The notes under the pieces: generated by a model | What the model saw: the letters and a program-made list of their open reading frames with translations, nothing else | What the model was told of the DNA's origin: nothing | Databases searched by the model: none | Origin: a virus | Taxonomy: Duplodnaviria; Caudoviricetes | DNA: 39,220 nucleotides | Virus record (IMG/VR): IMGVR_UViG_3300019877_000004 | Coordinates: 1-39,220 of that record | Strand: one strand, 5' to 3' | Part shown: positions 7,488 through 15,460 of the stretch, piece after piece | How positions within the stretch are numbered: position 1 is the stretch's first letter | Layout of the letters: each line of letters opens with the position of its first letter | Program-made: the position numbers and the translations under genes

Positions 7488-7655
7488 TTAACACGGAAGA
7501 AGACGGAAGTCAAGTATAGCCGTCCATAACGCATCCGCCCACAAAGTAGGCTCAATATCTGGATGTGAGTTCACAAGATCGCATAAAAGACCATAGGCCT
7601 TCTGTGTGTTTTCTTGGTCGTCTTCTAGAGAGGGCCTTATTCTTAAATCACTCAT
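7488..7655 (-). pseudogene. N-terminal part of a phage gene interrupted by an insertion
   Basis: MSDLRIRPSLEDD...IEPTLWADALWTAI then runs into promoter-like DNA; rejoins 7377-7282 in frame if 7378-7514 is removed. Confidence 0.55.
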
Positions 7656-7705
7656 ATTATCCTAAGTGGCCATTCAGGTTTCTTTACTTGGCATTCAGCG
7701 CACAT
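7652..7705 (-). CDS. 17-aa CxxC micropeptide MCAECQVKKPEWPLRII
   Basis: SD AGGAGG-N5-ATG; ATGA overlap with the next gene; paralog at 6370-6417. Confidence 0.65.
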   Translation of the reverse strand: MCAECQVKKPEWPLRII

Positions 7706-7725
7706 GACTACCTCCTAAATCTACT

Positions 7726-8010
7726 CTAACTCGTTTCCTTTAATTCTTCCCTATTTCCCCATCTTAGCTCAAAGCAAATACCTTCAGGTTGTTCTTCGTA
7801 AATCCTAGAAGGACGTACTCTGAGTTGATAAAATGGGAAGTTATGTGAATTCAATTGGTTAGATTCTTTCATGCATTGCAGTAGTAGATGGATAAGTCTT
7901 ATCTGATCACTCAAATCTCCATTGTAGAAAACATTCTCTACAATGATAACTTTTTTTTCGTAACACATTCCTAAATCTGAATCGTCAGTAAAGGCTTTTG
8001 GTATCTTCAT
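7726..8010 (-). CDS. Hypothetical protein (start revised to ATG 8010)
   Basis: AGGAGG-N4-ATG, MKIPKAFTDD... Confidence 0.7.
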   Translation of the reverse strand: MKIPKAFTDDSDLGMCYEKKVIIVENVFYNGDLSDQIRLIHLLLQCMKESNQLNSHNFPFYQLRVRPSRIYEEQPEGICFELRWGNREELKETS

Positions 8011-8040
8011 TATACCTCCTTTTGGCAATATCGAGAAAAC

Positions 8041-8121
8041 TCATCTTGGTGCTTTTATAATAAATGTTATCACTATTACCGCCCAACATACCATAAATAT
8101 TATTTCTGATAATTCAGTCAT
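8041..8121 (-). CDS. 26-aa single-pass membrane peptide MTELSEIIFMVCWAVIVITFIIKAPR
   Basis: Hand-translated; SD AGGAG; hydrophobic core with basic tail. Confidence 0.55.
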   Translation of the reverse strand: MTELSEIIFMVCWAVIVITFIIKAPR

Positions 8122-8199
8122 GCTTCTCCTAAAGTGTGAAGCATGCAAGGATATAGTCTTTATCTCTTCATCAACACCAAGAGATTATGCGTTCATATC

Positions 8200-8255
8200 A
8201 TTTATACCTATTTATACCCATTTATACCTGGAATTGAGTGTAAATGTGTATAAAT
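8200..8255. repeat. Phased 10-bp repeats: 3x ATTTATACC plus 2 inverted GTRTAAAT
   Basis: Copies at 8200, 8210, 8220; inverted copies at 8238, 8248. Confidence 0.75.
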
Positions 8256-8363
8256 CATTCGCCAAAATCCCCATATCGATTCCATAAGTTGTTTTGCCTT
8301 TTCTATTGATGAATGCGGCATTCCGCCTTCGAATTCCACTTCTAATACATACTCACAATCCAT
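8208..8363 (-). CDS. 51-aa hypothetical MDCEYVLEVEFEGG...
   Basis: Hand-translated; SD AAGGGAG; C-terminus runs into the repeats. Confidence 0.4.
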   Translation of the reverse strand: MDCEYVLEVEFEGGMPHSSIEKAKQLMESIWGFWRMIYTHLHSIPGINGYK

Positions 8364-8381
8364 TTCTTCTCCCTTGGCATA

Positions 8382-8612
8382 CTATCTTGATAATGCCCTT
8401 TCAAATGCGTGATACATTAATGTCTTTACATCATCTTCAGAAACAGTAGGAAAGGCGCTATATATACCGCTCTGTATCGCCTCCATCACTTCTTCGGTCC
8501 GGATAGGGCCGCTACAACCATCTCCGGACTCCATCATCTCGTGAAAGGCACATTTTACCCCCTCCTTAAGAGCTTCTAGTATTTCTTCTTTGCTTGGCTG
8601 ATTATTTAACAT
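8382..8612 (-). CDS. Hypothetical protein
   Basis: 76-aa ORF immediately after the terL stop. Confidence 0.65.
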   Translation of the reverse strand: MLNNQPSKEEILEALKEGVKCAFHEMMESGDGCSGPIRTEEVMEAIQSGIYSAFPTVSEDDVKTLMYHAFERALSR

Positions 8613-9902
8613 CTAAAACCTACTCCCTGTTGATCCATATTTATTCTGTTGCCATTCTCTAGCTCTTTGTTGATCTCTTGCTTCGTCATATACCGATATC
8701 CTGTGTGTGTAGGCTGCATAACGTGCCGCATCTATGCAATGGTCGTCTTTCTTTAACGGCTCATCATAGCCCTTCTCGGACTTTTTAGGGTCCCAGACGT
8801 ATGATTCTACCTCGCGTATCATATTTTCGCAAGCCTCACAGATGAGTATAGATCCCTTTTGTACTTCTGATACCATGAAGTTGATGCCGTTAAATACATC
8901 ATTGTTAGCATCTATTACATGAAATCCCCTCTTGCGTAGCTCAAGTTTAAAGGCTGCAGCGCTTGGGTCTACATATACGCTTTTAACCCCATAAGGCTCT
9001 AGGAATGCCTGTACATCATCACCATACTCGCTATTAGTCTTCTGGCGCCCCTTCTTCTTTGAGTCCCATACATATTCTTTCTCAAACCATCGCTGGGGTC
9101 CTGTCTGCGTATAACGCCCTGTATTCACACCCATGAGCATACATGCGAAGTTATTCGACGTGCCATAGTCAATACCAGCTACCCAATATTCGGCAGCAGT
9201 TGGGGGGCGTTTAACAACGTGTATCTTCTTGTCGAAGAAGTCGAAGATAGCCCCTTCAGCTAGGCACCAAAGGCCTAAGTAATTGCGCTTGTAGAATACG
9301 CCGGATAAGCTATCTCTTATGCGCTGCTTATACGATTGATCGACGAATGGGTTGTCTTCCAAGGTGAAGTGCAATGCATAATAATTAGGGTCACCGGCCT
9401 CTGCCTTATCAATCCACTCTTTAAGCTTGTGGTTCGGGTGTGAAGGGTTCATGCTTGCAAACCCCATGCTATACGGATTACTTAATCGCGTATCGATCAT
9501 GTCGATAATGCTCTCAGGATATAGTGTCATCTCATCGCAATAAACTAAACTGAAGGTTTTTCCCTGAAAAGAGCCGATCGCGCCCTCATCTCTCGCACCT
9601 AAAGTTGTTATCACTTTATCGCGAAACATAAGCTGTCTCTTACCTGCATACCATGTGCAAAAGGGCCTGAAAACCTCTAGTTGTGGTGATTCTAGAAGCA
9701 AACGAATGGCGTTCTGATAGATAGTGTCGCTTGAATGACCCACCATAAATATCTGCGAATCTGGGCATTGTGTGCAGGCGTGCATGAAACGAAATAGTGT
9801 TCCCACAGTCTTGCCAGAGCGAACCGAGCCATGCGCTAGGTTCCAATGAGCTGTTGAGTTTTTTAGAAACTCGATCTGCTTGCTCGATAAGGGTTTGTCC
9901 AT
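8613..9902 (-). CDS. terL: Terminase large subunit (PBSX-type), probable start ATG 9902
   Basis: Walker A GSVRSGKT, Walker B VYCDE, SMNP coupling motif, nuclease GIDYG, YVDPSA, DDHCIDAARY. Confidence 0.95.
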   Translation of the reverse strand: MDKPLSSKQIEFLKNSTAHWNLAHGSVRSGKTVGTLFRFMHACTQCPDSQIFMVGHSSDTIYQNAIRLLLESPQLEVFRPFCTWYAGKRQLMFRDKVITTLGARDEGAIGSFQGKTFSLVYCDEMTLYPESIIDMIDTRLSNPYSMGFASMNPSHPNHKLKEWIDKAEAGDPNYYALHFTLEDNPFVDQSYKQRIRDSLSGVFYKRNYLGLWCLAEGAIFDFFDKKIHVVKRPPTAAEYWVAGIDYGTSNNFACMLMGVNTGRYTQTGPQRWFEKEYVWDSKKKGRQKTNSEYGDDVQAFLEPYGVKSVYVDPSAAAFKLELRKRGFHVIDANNDVFNGINFMVSEVQKGSILICEACENMIREVESYVWDPKKSEKGYDEPLKKDDHCIDAARYAAYTHRISVYDEARDQQRAREWQQNKYGSTGSRF

Positions 9903-9909
9903 AAATGGC

Positions 9910-9938
9910 AATATAATATAAGAGGTATAAAAGGACAA
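9910..9938 (-). promoter_or_regulatory. Promoter predicting a leaderless terL mRNA
   Basis: TTGTCC-N17-TATATT-N7-ATG, no SD. Confidence 0.5.
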
Positions 9939-9963
9939 CGGACAAGCAAAAAAGGAGACTGTT

Positions 9964-10239
9964 ATGCGCTATGTTGTGACCGGAAAACGCATCCTGGTAG
10001 TTGTTGAAAAGGCTGAAACGAAAACGGCAAGCGGACTAATCATGCCTGACAATAACAAACTGCCTACCTATGCAACTATTTTTTCGATTGGAGCAGAGGC
10101 CGAAGGGCCTTATACGATAGGAGATAGAGTTCTTTTGTCAAGCCGCTATGCGGGTACTATAGTCCCGCCTTCAGATGAATCTAACGGAGATTGGCGTGTC
10201 ATTACAGAAAATGACATTGTGGTAATAGTCTTTGAATAA
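9964..10239 (+). CDS. groES: Co-chaperonin GroES (Cpn10)
   Basis: RILVV..ETKTASGLIMP mobile loop, GDRVL..YAGT, ENDI; SD AAGGAG. Confidence 0.88.
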   Translation: MRYVVTGKRILVVVEKAETKTASGLIMPDNNKLPTYATIFSIGAEAEGPYTIGDRVLLSSRYAGTIVPPSDESNGDWRVITENDIVVIVFE

Positions 10240-10257
10240 TAAAACCAAAGGAAAGAT

Positions 10258-10515
10258 ATGAACTTAAACGATTCAAGACAACAAGCCATTGTCGCGCTAT
10301 CTACAGTTGCAGTTGTTGCTGTTGTGTTTTTAATTGCCTACGCTTTCCATGTTTCAATAGAGCGTGAAAAAGAAAAGACATATATAAAAAGTTTGGCCTG
10401 GGGCGCTCATTTCATACCCCATCCAAGAGACCCTTATGTTCCGCCAGCGCCAAATCCAATTGGGCCTAATGGCGCATCCTTAAAAGGAGTTGATGAGACA
10501 GATGTCGGAAGTTAA
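10258..10515 (+). CDS. Membrane-anchored protein with Pro-rich tail
   Basis: One N-terminal TM segment; PHPRDPYVPPAPNP. Confidence 0.65.
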   Translation: MNLNDSRQQAIVALSTVAVVAVVFLIAYAFHVSIEREKEKTYIKSLAWGAHFIPHPRDPYVPPAPNPIGPNGASLKGVDETDVGS

Positions 10516-10687
10516 ACAACCACCTGTTACTGACGAGATACTCCAACAACTAAAGCTAATGGTTGAGTCCATAGAAGGCTTACCATCTCATGCTATGGCA
10601 AGCTACATCACGCATTATGATTTCGTGGCAGCGATTGGTCTCCTGGTAATGCTATACGAAAGCAAGACAGGGCCAAAAAATGAGTGA
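10490..10687 (+). CDS. Hypothetical protein
   Basis: About 62-65 aa in the operon; exact start uncertain (10490, 10493 or 10502). Confidence 0.65.
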   Translation: MMRQMSEVKQPPVTDEILQQLKLMVESIEGLPSHAMASYITHYDFVAAIGLLVMLYESKTGPKNE

Positions 10688-11024
10688 AGAATATGAGTTG
10701 GTCAAACGCATAAACCACGCCATGCCAAGTGATGCAATAAGGACGGAGGTGTTAGCCGTCTTGGTTAGCTTCGCTGCCTGTCTTGCAATTTATGCAGGCG
10801 AAAGTATGGAGGGCGAAGATCTTGAGCCTGAGCTATGGCTCAGTATAACCGTTGTGTTTAGCTGCATAATGCCTCTTTTTATGCCTTATGCAAAGGTTGA
10901 TATCGATATCGAGCACTTCTTGACTAAAGAATGGGAAGAGCACGCCGAAGAAGATGTATATCGGAAAATTAAGGAGATCTTGGTTAAGCTCAACGACATG
11001 ATTAAGAAACATGAAGAGGTATGA
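10680..11024 (+). CDS. Hypothetical protein with two hydrophobic segments
   Basis: 114 aa, overlaps the previous stop. Confidence 0.65.
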   Translation: MSEEYELVKRINHAMPSDAIRTEVLAVLVSFAACLAIYAGESMEGEDLEPELWLSITVVFSCIMPLFMPYAKVDIDIEHFLTKEWEEHAEEDVYRKIKEILVKLNDMIKKHEEV

Positions 11025-11029
11025 CGCGC

Positions 11030-11485
11030 CTATTCCTTTTCTTCCTGAAGGTTGTTAAGCTGGTGTATCAACGCGTTAAAATTCTTAGCGGCTGTCTCGC
11101 TCACGTTCACCTCTTCGACCGTTTCGCGCTGGTTCAGCCTTTGTTTACCAAGCCATATTAATAACGTATTATCGCCATCTTTAGTAAGTCCCAACGCTTT
11201 AGCATACTGGTGCGATCTTAATATTGATTCACCAGTTTGTTTCTTTTTAGTTGAATACTCAGTAAAACAAATCCCATGCTTCTCCATTACTTTATCGTAA
11301 AATGTATTAGGGTGCATGTCGAAATAAGAGGCTACTTCGGTACCCAAGCAACCTGCGATGAGTAACTCATCTGCTTTAGCCCAATCGATAACTTTAGTAG
11401 GGCGACCTATTGCGTCGCATCCTTTGGGAAAACGTCGTTTAATACGCTTATCGGGTTTGCCTGTCTTCTTTGCTATATGTTCCAT
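11030..11485 (-). CDS. terS: Probable terminase small subunit
   Basis: GRPTKVID, HTH-like region, GDNTLLIWLGKQRLNQ motif typical of TerS; near terL. Confidence 0.75.
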   Translation of the reverse strand: MEHIAKKTGKPDKRIKRRFPKGCDAIGRPTKVIDWAKADELLIAGCLGTEVASYFDMHPNTFYDKVMEKHGICFTEYSTKKKQTGESILRSHQYAKALGLTKDGDNTLLIWLGKQRLNQRETVEEVNVSETAAKNFNALIHQLNNLQEEKE

Positions 11486-11492
11486 AGAGTCC

Positions 11493-11627
11493 TTATTTCT
11501 TCTTCTTCATGGCTTTCTTGCCAGCTTTAACGGCTTTGTCGCGCTTCTTATCTTCTTTTTCTAGGCCTTTTAACCCTTTCTCGACAGTTTTTGTTTGCTT
11601 TTCGATCTTACGTATTTGTTTGTCCAT
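11493..11627 (-). CDS. 44-aa Lys-rich protein MDKQIRKIEKQ...AMKKKK
   Basis: Hand-translated; directly upstream of terS. Confidence 0.65.
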   Translation of the reverse strand: MDKQIRKIEKQTKTVEKGLKGLEKEDKKRDKAVKAGKKAMKKKK

Positions 11628-11731
11628 TTGTCCCATCCTTTAGAGTATAGGGTTGTTTATCTTTTTATTTAAAACAAGGGAGAAATAAGAGCAACACTTT
11701 TTTTAGTGGATGCACATGCGTATATTTACCC

Positions 11732-11761
11732 TTGCGTATAAATACACGTTCGTGTTATATT
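11732..11761 (+). promoter_or_regulatory. Promoter with palindrome in the spacer
   Basis: TTGCGT-N18-TATATT with TG extension; ACACG-TT-CGTGT inverted repeat. Confidence 0.5.
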
Positions 11762-11893
11762 GGATCTATGCGAGTACGGCGATTAACCTCTGCACGTAAT
11801 ACGACAGGCGGCTAAAGCGTGGAAAGTATATACACAAAAAAAGAACGAAACATGTGTATGTTAACGCAATGTGTACAAAAAAGGAGAAAAATA

Positions 11894-12133
11894 ATGTATA
11901 TGGATGAAGATTTTGCACCTATTTATGCGTGCGATGAATGCGACAATAAGGTATTCTTGTTGATGGATTGTCGTAAATTAGTGGAGGAACTAGTGGGTCA
12001 GGCTTATGGAGATATCTCTTTTAACGCGTCGCGTTTTGATGGGTTACTTGAGGATTTATGTTCGCAATTAGATGTTAGGTTCCCTTATCAATCGCAGCTC
12101 AAGATTGCTAAATTTGTGAGACCGCATGGATAA
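11894..12133 (+). CDS. Hypothetical protein with CxxC (start revised to ATG 11894)
   Basis: AAGGAG-N7-ATG; CDEC. Confidence 0.7.
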   Translation: MYMDEDFAPIYACDECDNKVFLLMDCRKLVEELVGQAYGDISFNASRFDGLLEDLCSQLDVRFPYQSQLKIAKFVRPHG

Positions 12134-12287
12134 GAAGGCGCGTTGTGGTTTGGTGATAGACAGGGAGCTATTGATAAAGCTCAAGTACCTGTGTTTGCAG
12201 GAGGGCGTCACAATTAGCAAGATGCTTGAGACGCTATTTCTTGAGAGGTTGGAAAGGGAAAAGGATAAGAAGGTTATTTCTTCTTAG
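12126..12287 (+). CDS. Ribbon-helix-helix DNA-binding protein, 53 aa
   Basis: Hand-translated MDKKARCGLVIDRELLIKLKYLCLQEGVTISKMLE...; RHH pattern. Confidence 0.7.
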   Translation: MDKKARCGLVIDRELLIKLKYLCLQEGVTISKMLETLFLERLEREKDKKVISS

Positions 12288-12417
12288 GGATGTCTTTGCC
12301 TGCTTTACGTGCTACATTTAAAGCGATTGCAACTGCCTGTTTTTGAGGTTTGCTTTTCATTTCTTCTTTTATGTTGGCACTGATCGCTTTTTTTGATCCA
12401 CTTTTTTTTAGGGGCAT
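12274..12417 (-). CDS. 47-aa basic phage protein MPLKKSGSKKAISANI...KPQKQAVAIAL
   Basis: Hand-translated; SD GAGGA; widespread small phage protein motif. Confidence 0.8.
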   Translation of the reverse strand: MPLKKSGSKKAISANIKEEMKSKPQKQAVAIALNVARKAGKDIPKKK

Positions 12418-12426
12418 TTTTCCTCT

Positions 12427-12705
12427 TTATTCGAATGTTTCTGTTATTGATAGAGGAGTAATGGGCATCCAATGATCGCTCATGTCTATGTTAAGTGAAT
12501 TTCCACTAACGCTTCTCCACTTAAGTATTCTTCCTTGTTCTTTTGGGATGTCATCTACTTTTAGAGGGTATTTGTGCGCTGGCATTGGTTGTTTTTCCAT
12601 TCGGCAAATGCAATATATTCTCTTTTTTCCTCTCCATACAATAACTAGTTTTCCTGTTTCTGGTCTGTTTTTGGAAAGTGATGTCCATTTTTCCTCTTCT
12701 TTCAT
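12427..12705 (-). CDS. DUF551-like protein
   Basis: WTSLSKNRP...DHWMPI. Confidence 0.65.
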   Translation of the reverse strand: MKEEEKWTSLSKNRPETGKLVIVWRGKKRIYCICRMEKQPMPAHKYPLKVDDIPKEQGRILKWRSVSGNSLNIDMSDHWMPITPLSITETFE

Positions 12706-12715
12706 TCTTTCTCCG

Positions 12716-12916
12716 TTAAAGTTTGAGTAGGTTCGCTGATTCTTCAGGGTTTAGCTTAGGTATCTGTTCGGCTTTTTGATTTACTTCTGTTTTGCTGTTT
12801 CCATCGGTGTCGGTGAAATTGAATGTGCAACCAGTGAGGCAGCAAAGAAAACAGATGAGTAGGCAAAAGAAAAAGAGGTAGACCGTTTCTAGGGCTATCG
12901 CCATTGTTTCTCTCAT
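12716..12916 (-). CDS. Putative lipoprotein
   Basis: Hydrophobic stretch followed by lipobox LTGC. Confidence 0.65.
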   Translation of the reverse strand: MRETMAIALETVYLFFFCLLICFLCCLTGCTFNFTDTDGNSKTEVNQKAEQIPKLNPEESANLLKL

Positions 12917-12917
12917 G

Positions 12918-13334
12918 TTACTCCCATCCTAAAAGTTGAGCGTGTTTCTTGTTTTCCTTAAACCAGTCCTTGTCTACCACAATAAGCTTTTGTTGTGGGT
13001 AATATTTTCTGAAGCGCTTGATTTTGGTTTTACTTTTTGGGTCCATATACCCTTTGACTTCGACCCAGTGGTGAGAACCGTCGGCGTTGTAGATCTTAAA
13101 ATCGGGAAGATATGATCGCGTCCCGCGTTTGATCTTTTCAAACCAAAAGGTTTCGGGCTCGTATTCCCACCATTGAATTGAATCCGTTGAGACAAGAAAG
13201 TCTAGGTATTTAGCATAGTTTGCTTCCCATGCACTGCGAAAGTAGTATTCATGGCCATTGATGATACGCCATCCAGATTTGGCTCGTGGGCGTTGTCGCA
13301 TTTGCTGATATGCTTCGATGCTGATGACAACCAT
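12918..13334 (-). CDS. PD-(D/E)xK endonuclease (DUF1064/resolvase-like)
   Basis: FRSAWE, YLPDF, VEVKG. Confidence 0.8.
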   Translation of the reverse strand: MVVISIEAYQQMRQRPRAKSGWRIINGHEYYFRSAWEANYAKYLDFLVSTDSIQWWEYEPETFWFEKIKRGTRSYLPDFKIYNADGSHHWVEVKGYMDPKSKTKIKRFRKYYPQQKLIVVDKDWFKENKKHAQLLGWE

Positions 13335-13390
13335 AAAATTTATCCTTTATGGTTTTAGATATCAATTTCCTTTTTTTTTGTCTCTCTTTT

Positions 13391-14218
13391 TTATAAAATT
13401 GTGGTTTTTCTTCTGCTTTTGCCTGTGAAGTTGAAATATATGGCAGTTTTGAGGCGATCGCTAAGAGCTTCACCACAATATTTTGCAAGCATGTCGGCGT
13501 TTAAGTTGGTTGTTAGGATGGTTCCTTTGTCTGTCCATTGCGTTCTTCTATTGATTAGTTCCATAAGAAAAGCCATGAAGGTTGGTGTGGTTTCGGTTGT
13601 CCCGAAATCGTCGATCACAAGAATGTTGCAGTTTTGTAAAGAACTTGACCAATTCATTGCTTTGGATTGGTCCAGCCATTCCTCATACAATTGCCTTTGA
13701 GTCTTAAAAATGGCGGAAGGGTTTTTCCTTGTAAATAGTTGGCATGTTGCCATTGCTGAATAGGTTTTTCCCGTTCCTGGGTCCCCGTACATAACAATTA
13801 GGCCGTTAGGATGCTTGCAAAATTTCCTAAGGCAATCTATTTTAGAAGCGTCTTGTTGGAGGTTGTCAAACTTTACCTTATGATGGATATCGCCAATACC
13901 GTTTGTTTCGCAAAATAAAGGCCATAGAATCGCTTCTTTTTGTGTGGGTGGTGTGGTGGTAGCCCTATGGCTAGAAAAACGATTGTTGGAACCGCAAAGG
14001 CCATTGTGGCAAATCCACACTCTGCGGTTGTCTGTTGGTGGGTCATAGTAAGGCGCTCCGTGCTCTGTTCCTGAGCAGATTGAGCAACATATTTCGGTAG
14101 ATAGAGTTGGTTCCTCAAGCTTTCGGTAACCACCCAACACAGCCATAAGTTCAACGATTTTTCCTTCGTTTTCCTCTGATAAAAACTGTTTTTTTGCTAT
14201 GGTGCTTAGGGTTTTCAT
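13391..14218 (-). CDS. DnaC/IstB-like AAA+ helicase loader
   Basis: GDPGTGKT, LVIDDFG, TILTTNL, DRL; N-terminal Cys cluster. Confidence 0.88.
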   Translation of the reverse strand: MKTLSTIAKKQFLSEENEGKIVELMAVLGGYRKLEEPTLSTEICCSICSGTEHGAPYYDPPTDNRRVWICHNGLCGSNNRFSSHRATTTPPTQKEAILWPLFCETNGIGDIHHKVKFDNLQQDASKIDCLRKFCKHPNGLIVMYGDPGTGKTYSAMATCQLFTRKNPSAIFKTQRQLYEEWLDQSKAMNWSSSLQNCNILVIDDFGTTETTPTFMAFLMELINRRTQWTDKGTILTTNLNADMLAKYCGEALSDRLKTAIYFNFTGKSRRKTTIL

Positions 14219-15291
14219 ATACTATTTCTCATTCCCTCTCTTATTAGGTCAGCTGCTTTCTGATCATCAGAGCAAGGAGCAAACTTCCTTGTTTTCTTTG
14301 CCTTCATCCCTTGTTCAATCTTATCAAATTTGATGCGCAGGTACCCAGCTGGGTTTTTTGTCATAAGCTTTGAGCTCCAACCATTCCAGTCGCCCCGGAT
14401 TTCGTTATCGGCAAGAGCCCATTCCAAAACAGCTATGATGTTTGCTGGTGCTCTTTTGTCTTTAACAAGCATCTCCTCTATGGAGGTGAGCCATGAGGTT
14501 AAATCATTGGGTGGTTGATAGTCGCTCTTTGCCGCAAACATCTTTTCCTTAACTGCCTTGCAGACTGCATGAGTTAAGGGCGTGAAGGAGACTTGCTTTT
14601 TCTTTTTCTTTAAGGATGGCTCGCACGCGCAAGCGACGTCAGTCGCTTCCCCCCCTTGAGGGGAGGGGGGTGTTTTAGTCTTCTTTGTAGAAGTCTCTGT
14701 AGTAGTATATGTATTTGTCTGACGTTTAAACGCATGTCCCCCGACGTTTGAATGTACCGGGTCTGACGTTTGAACGTCACACCCCTGGCGTTCAAAAAAG
14801 GATATTTGGGCTATTTTTGTCGGGTTTATTTTTATGAAAAGCACGTTACCAAGCCGCAATCCATCACCAACTTCGATGGTCCGATAGTCTCTTATGATTA
14901 GACCTAATTCCTCTAACCGAGCAAGACTGTCTTTAACCTGTCTTTCGGTAAAACCAAATTGATCAGCTAGCGCTTTCTTGGATTTTTGTAACGCATCGCC
15001 GCGGAACTTCTTTTTAAGTCCAATTGCCTTTCCTGTTGCTTCATCTTTTACATAAGTTGGTCGATACCAATAGACGATCTCAGAAAGAAGGGTTATTGAG
15101 ACCAGGTCTACTTTACCATTATCGAATCTAATATGTTCATACCAGGTATGGGGGATTACGTTTCCTTCGAAATGAAGCTTGCCCATTTCATAGACTTCAG
15201 GGGGCACAGATGATGTGGTTGTTCCAGAGTGACTATCAAGGATATTTTCTTGTTGTGAAAAAGGGCTGGCAATGCTATTCTGATGTTGCAT
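14215..15291 (-). CDS. Replication initiator (lambda O / replisome organizer-like)
   Basis: GNVIPHTWY winged-helix N-terminus, Thr/Pro linker, internal iterons, coupled to the DnaC-like gene. Confidence 0.8.
   Translation of the reverse strand: MQHQNSIASPFSQQENILDSHSGTTTSSVPPEVYEMGKLHFEGNVIPHTWYEHIRFDNGKVDLVSITLLSEIVYWYRPTYVKDEATGKAIGLKKKFRGDALQKSKKALADQFGFTERQVKDSLARLEELGLIIRDYRTIEVGDGLRLGNVLFIKINPTKIAQISFFERQGCDVQTSDPVHSNVGGHAFKRQTNTYTTTETSTKKTKTPPSPQGGEATDVACACEPSLKKKKKQVSFTPLTHAVCKAVKEKMFAAKSDYQPPNDLTSWLTSIEEMLVKDKRAPANIIAVLEWALADNEIRGDWNGWSSKLMTKNPAGYLRIKFDKIEQGMKAKKTRKFAPCSDDQKAADLIREGMRNSI
14719..14798. repeat. Replication origin iterons, 4 copies at 22-bp period
   Basis: CTGACGTTTAAACG 14719, CCGACGTTTGAATG 14741, CTGACGTTTGAACG 14763, CTGGCGTTCAAAAA 14785. 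Confidence 0.8.
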
Positions 15292-15423
15292 TTAAACCTC
15301 TAGTGATGTGGAGTGTTAAATGAGTGTGTGGTACCCGCTGCTATGGATACATTACACACGCTCATGTGCCTTGTGTTGTAATCTATAATAGGATAAACAG
15401 CAAGTAGAACAAGAAAGAGGCAG

Positions 15424-15460
15424 GCCCGCAGATGTAAAAGTTTGCGGGCTGTTTGCTTTT
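15424..15460. terminator. Possibly bidirectional terminator between the Cro-like gene and the initiator
   Basis: GCCCGCAGA/TTTGCGGGC stem with pyrimidine-rich tails on both strands. Confidence 0.5.

Noticed and set aside
7522-7533. 12-nt match to the scaffold leader hairpin (TGCGTTATGGAC on the minus strand)
   Set aside because: Lies in coding sequence and lacks the 5' stem arm; likely chance
13249-13488. 79-aa ORF overlapping the DnaC-like and endonuclease genes
   Set aside because: Overlaps two well-supported genes and runs through poly-A intergenic DNA
14719-14798. CRISPR-like array
   Set aside because: Period only 22 bp, degenerate, intragenic, no cas genes; fits iterons
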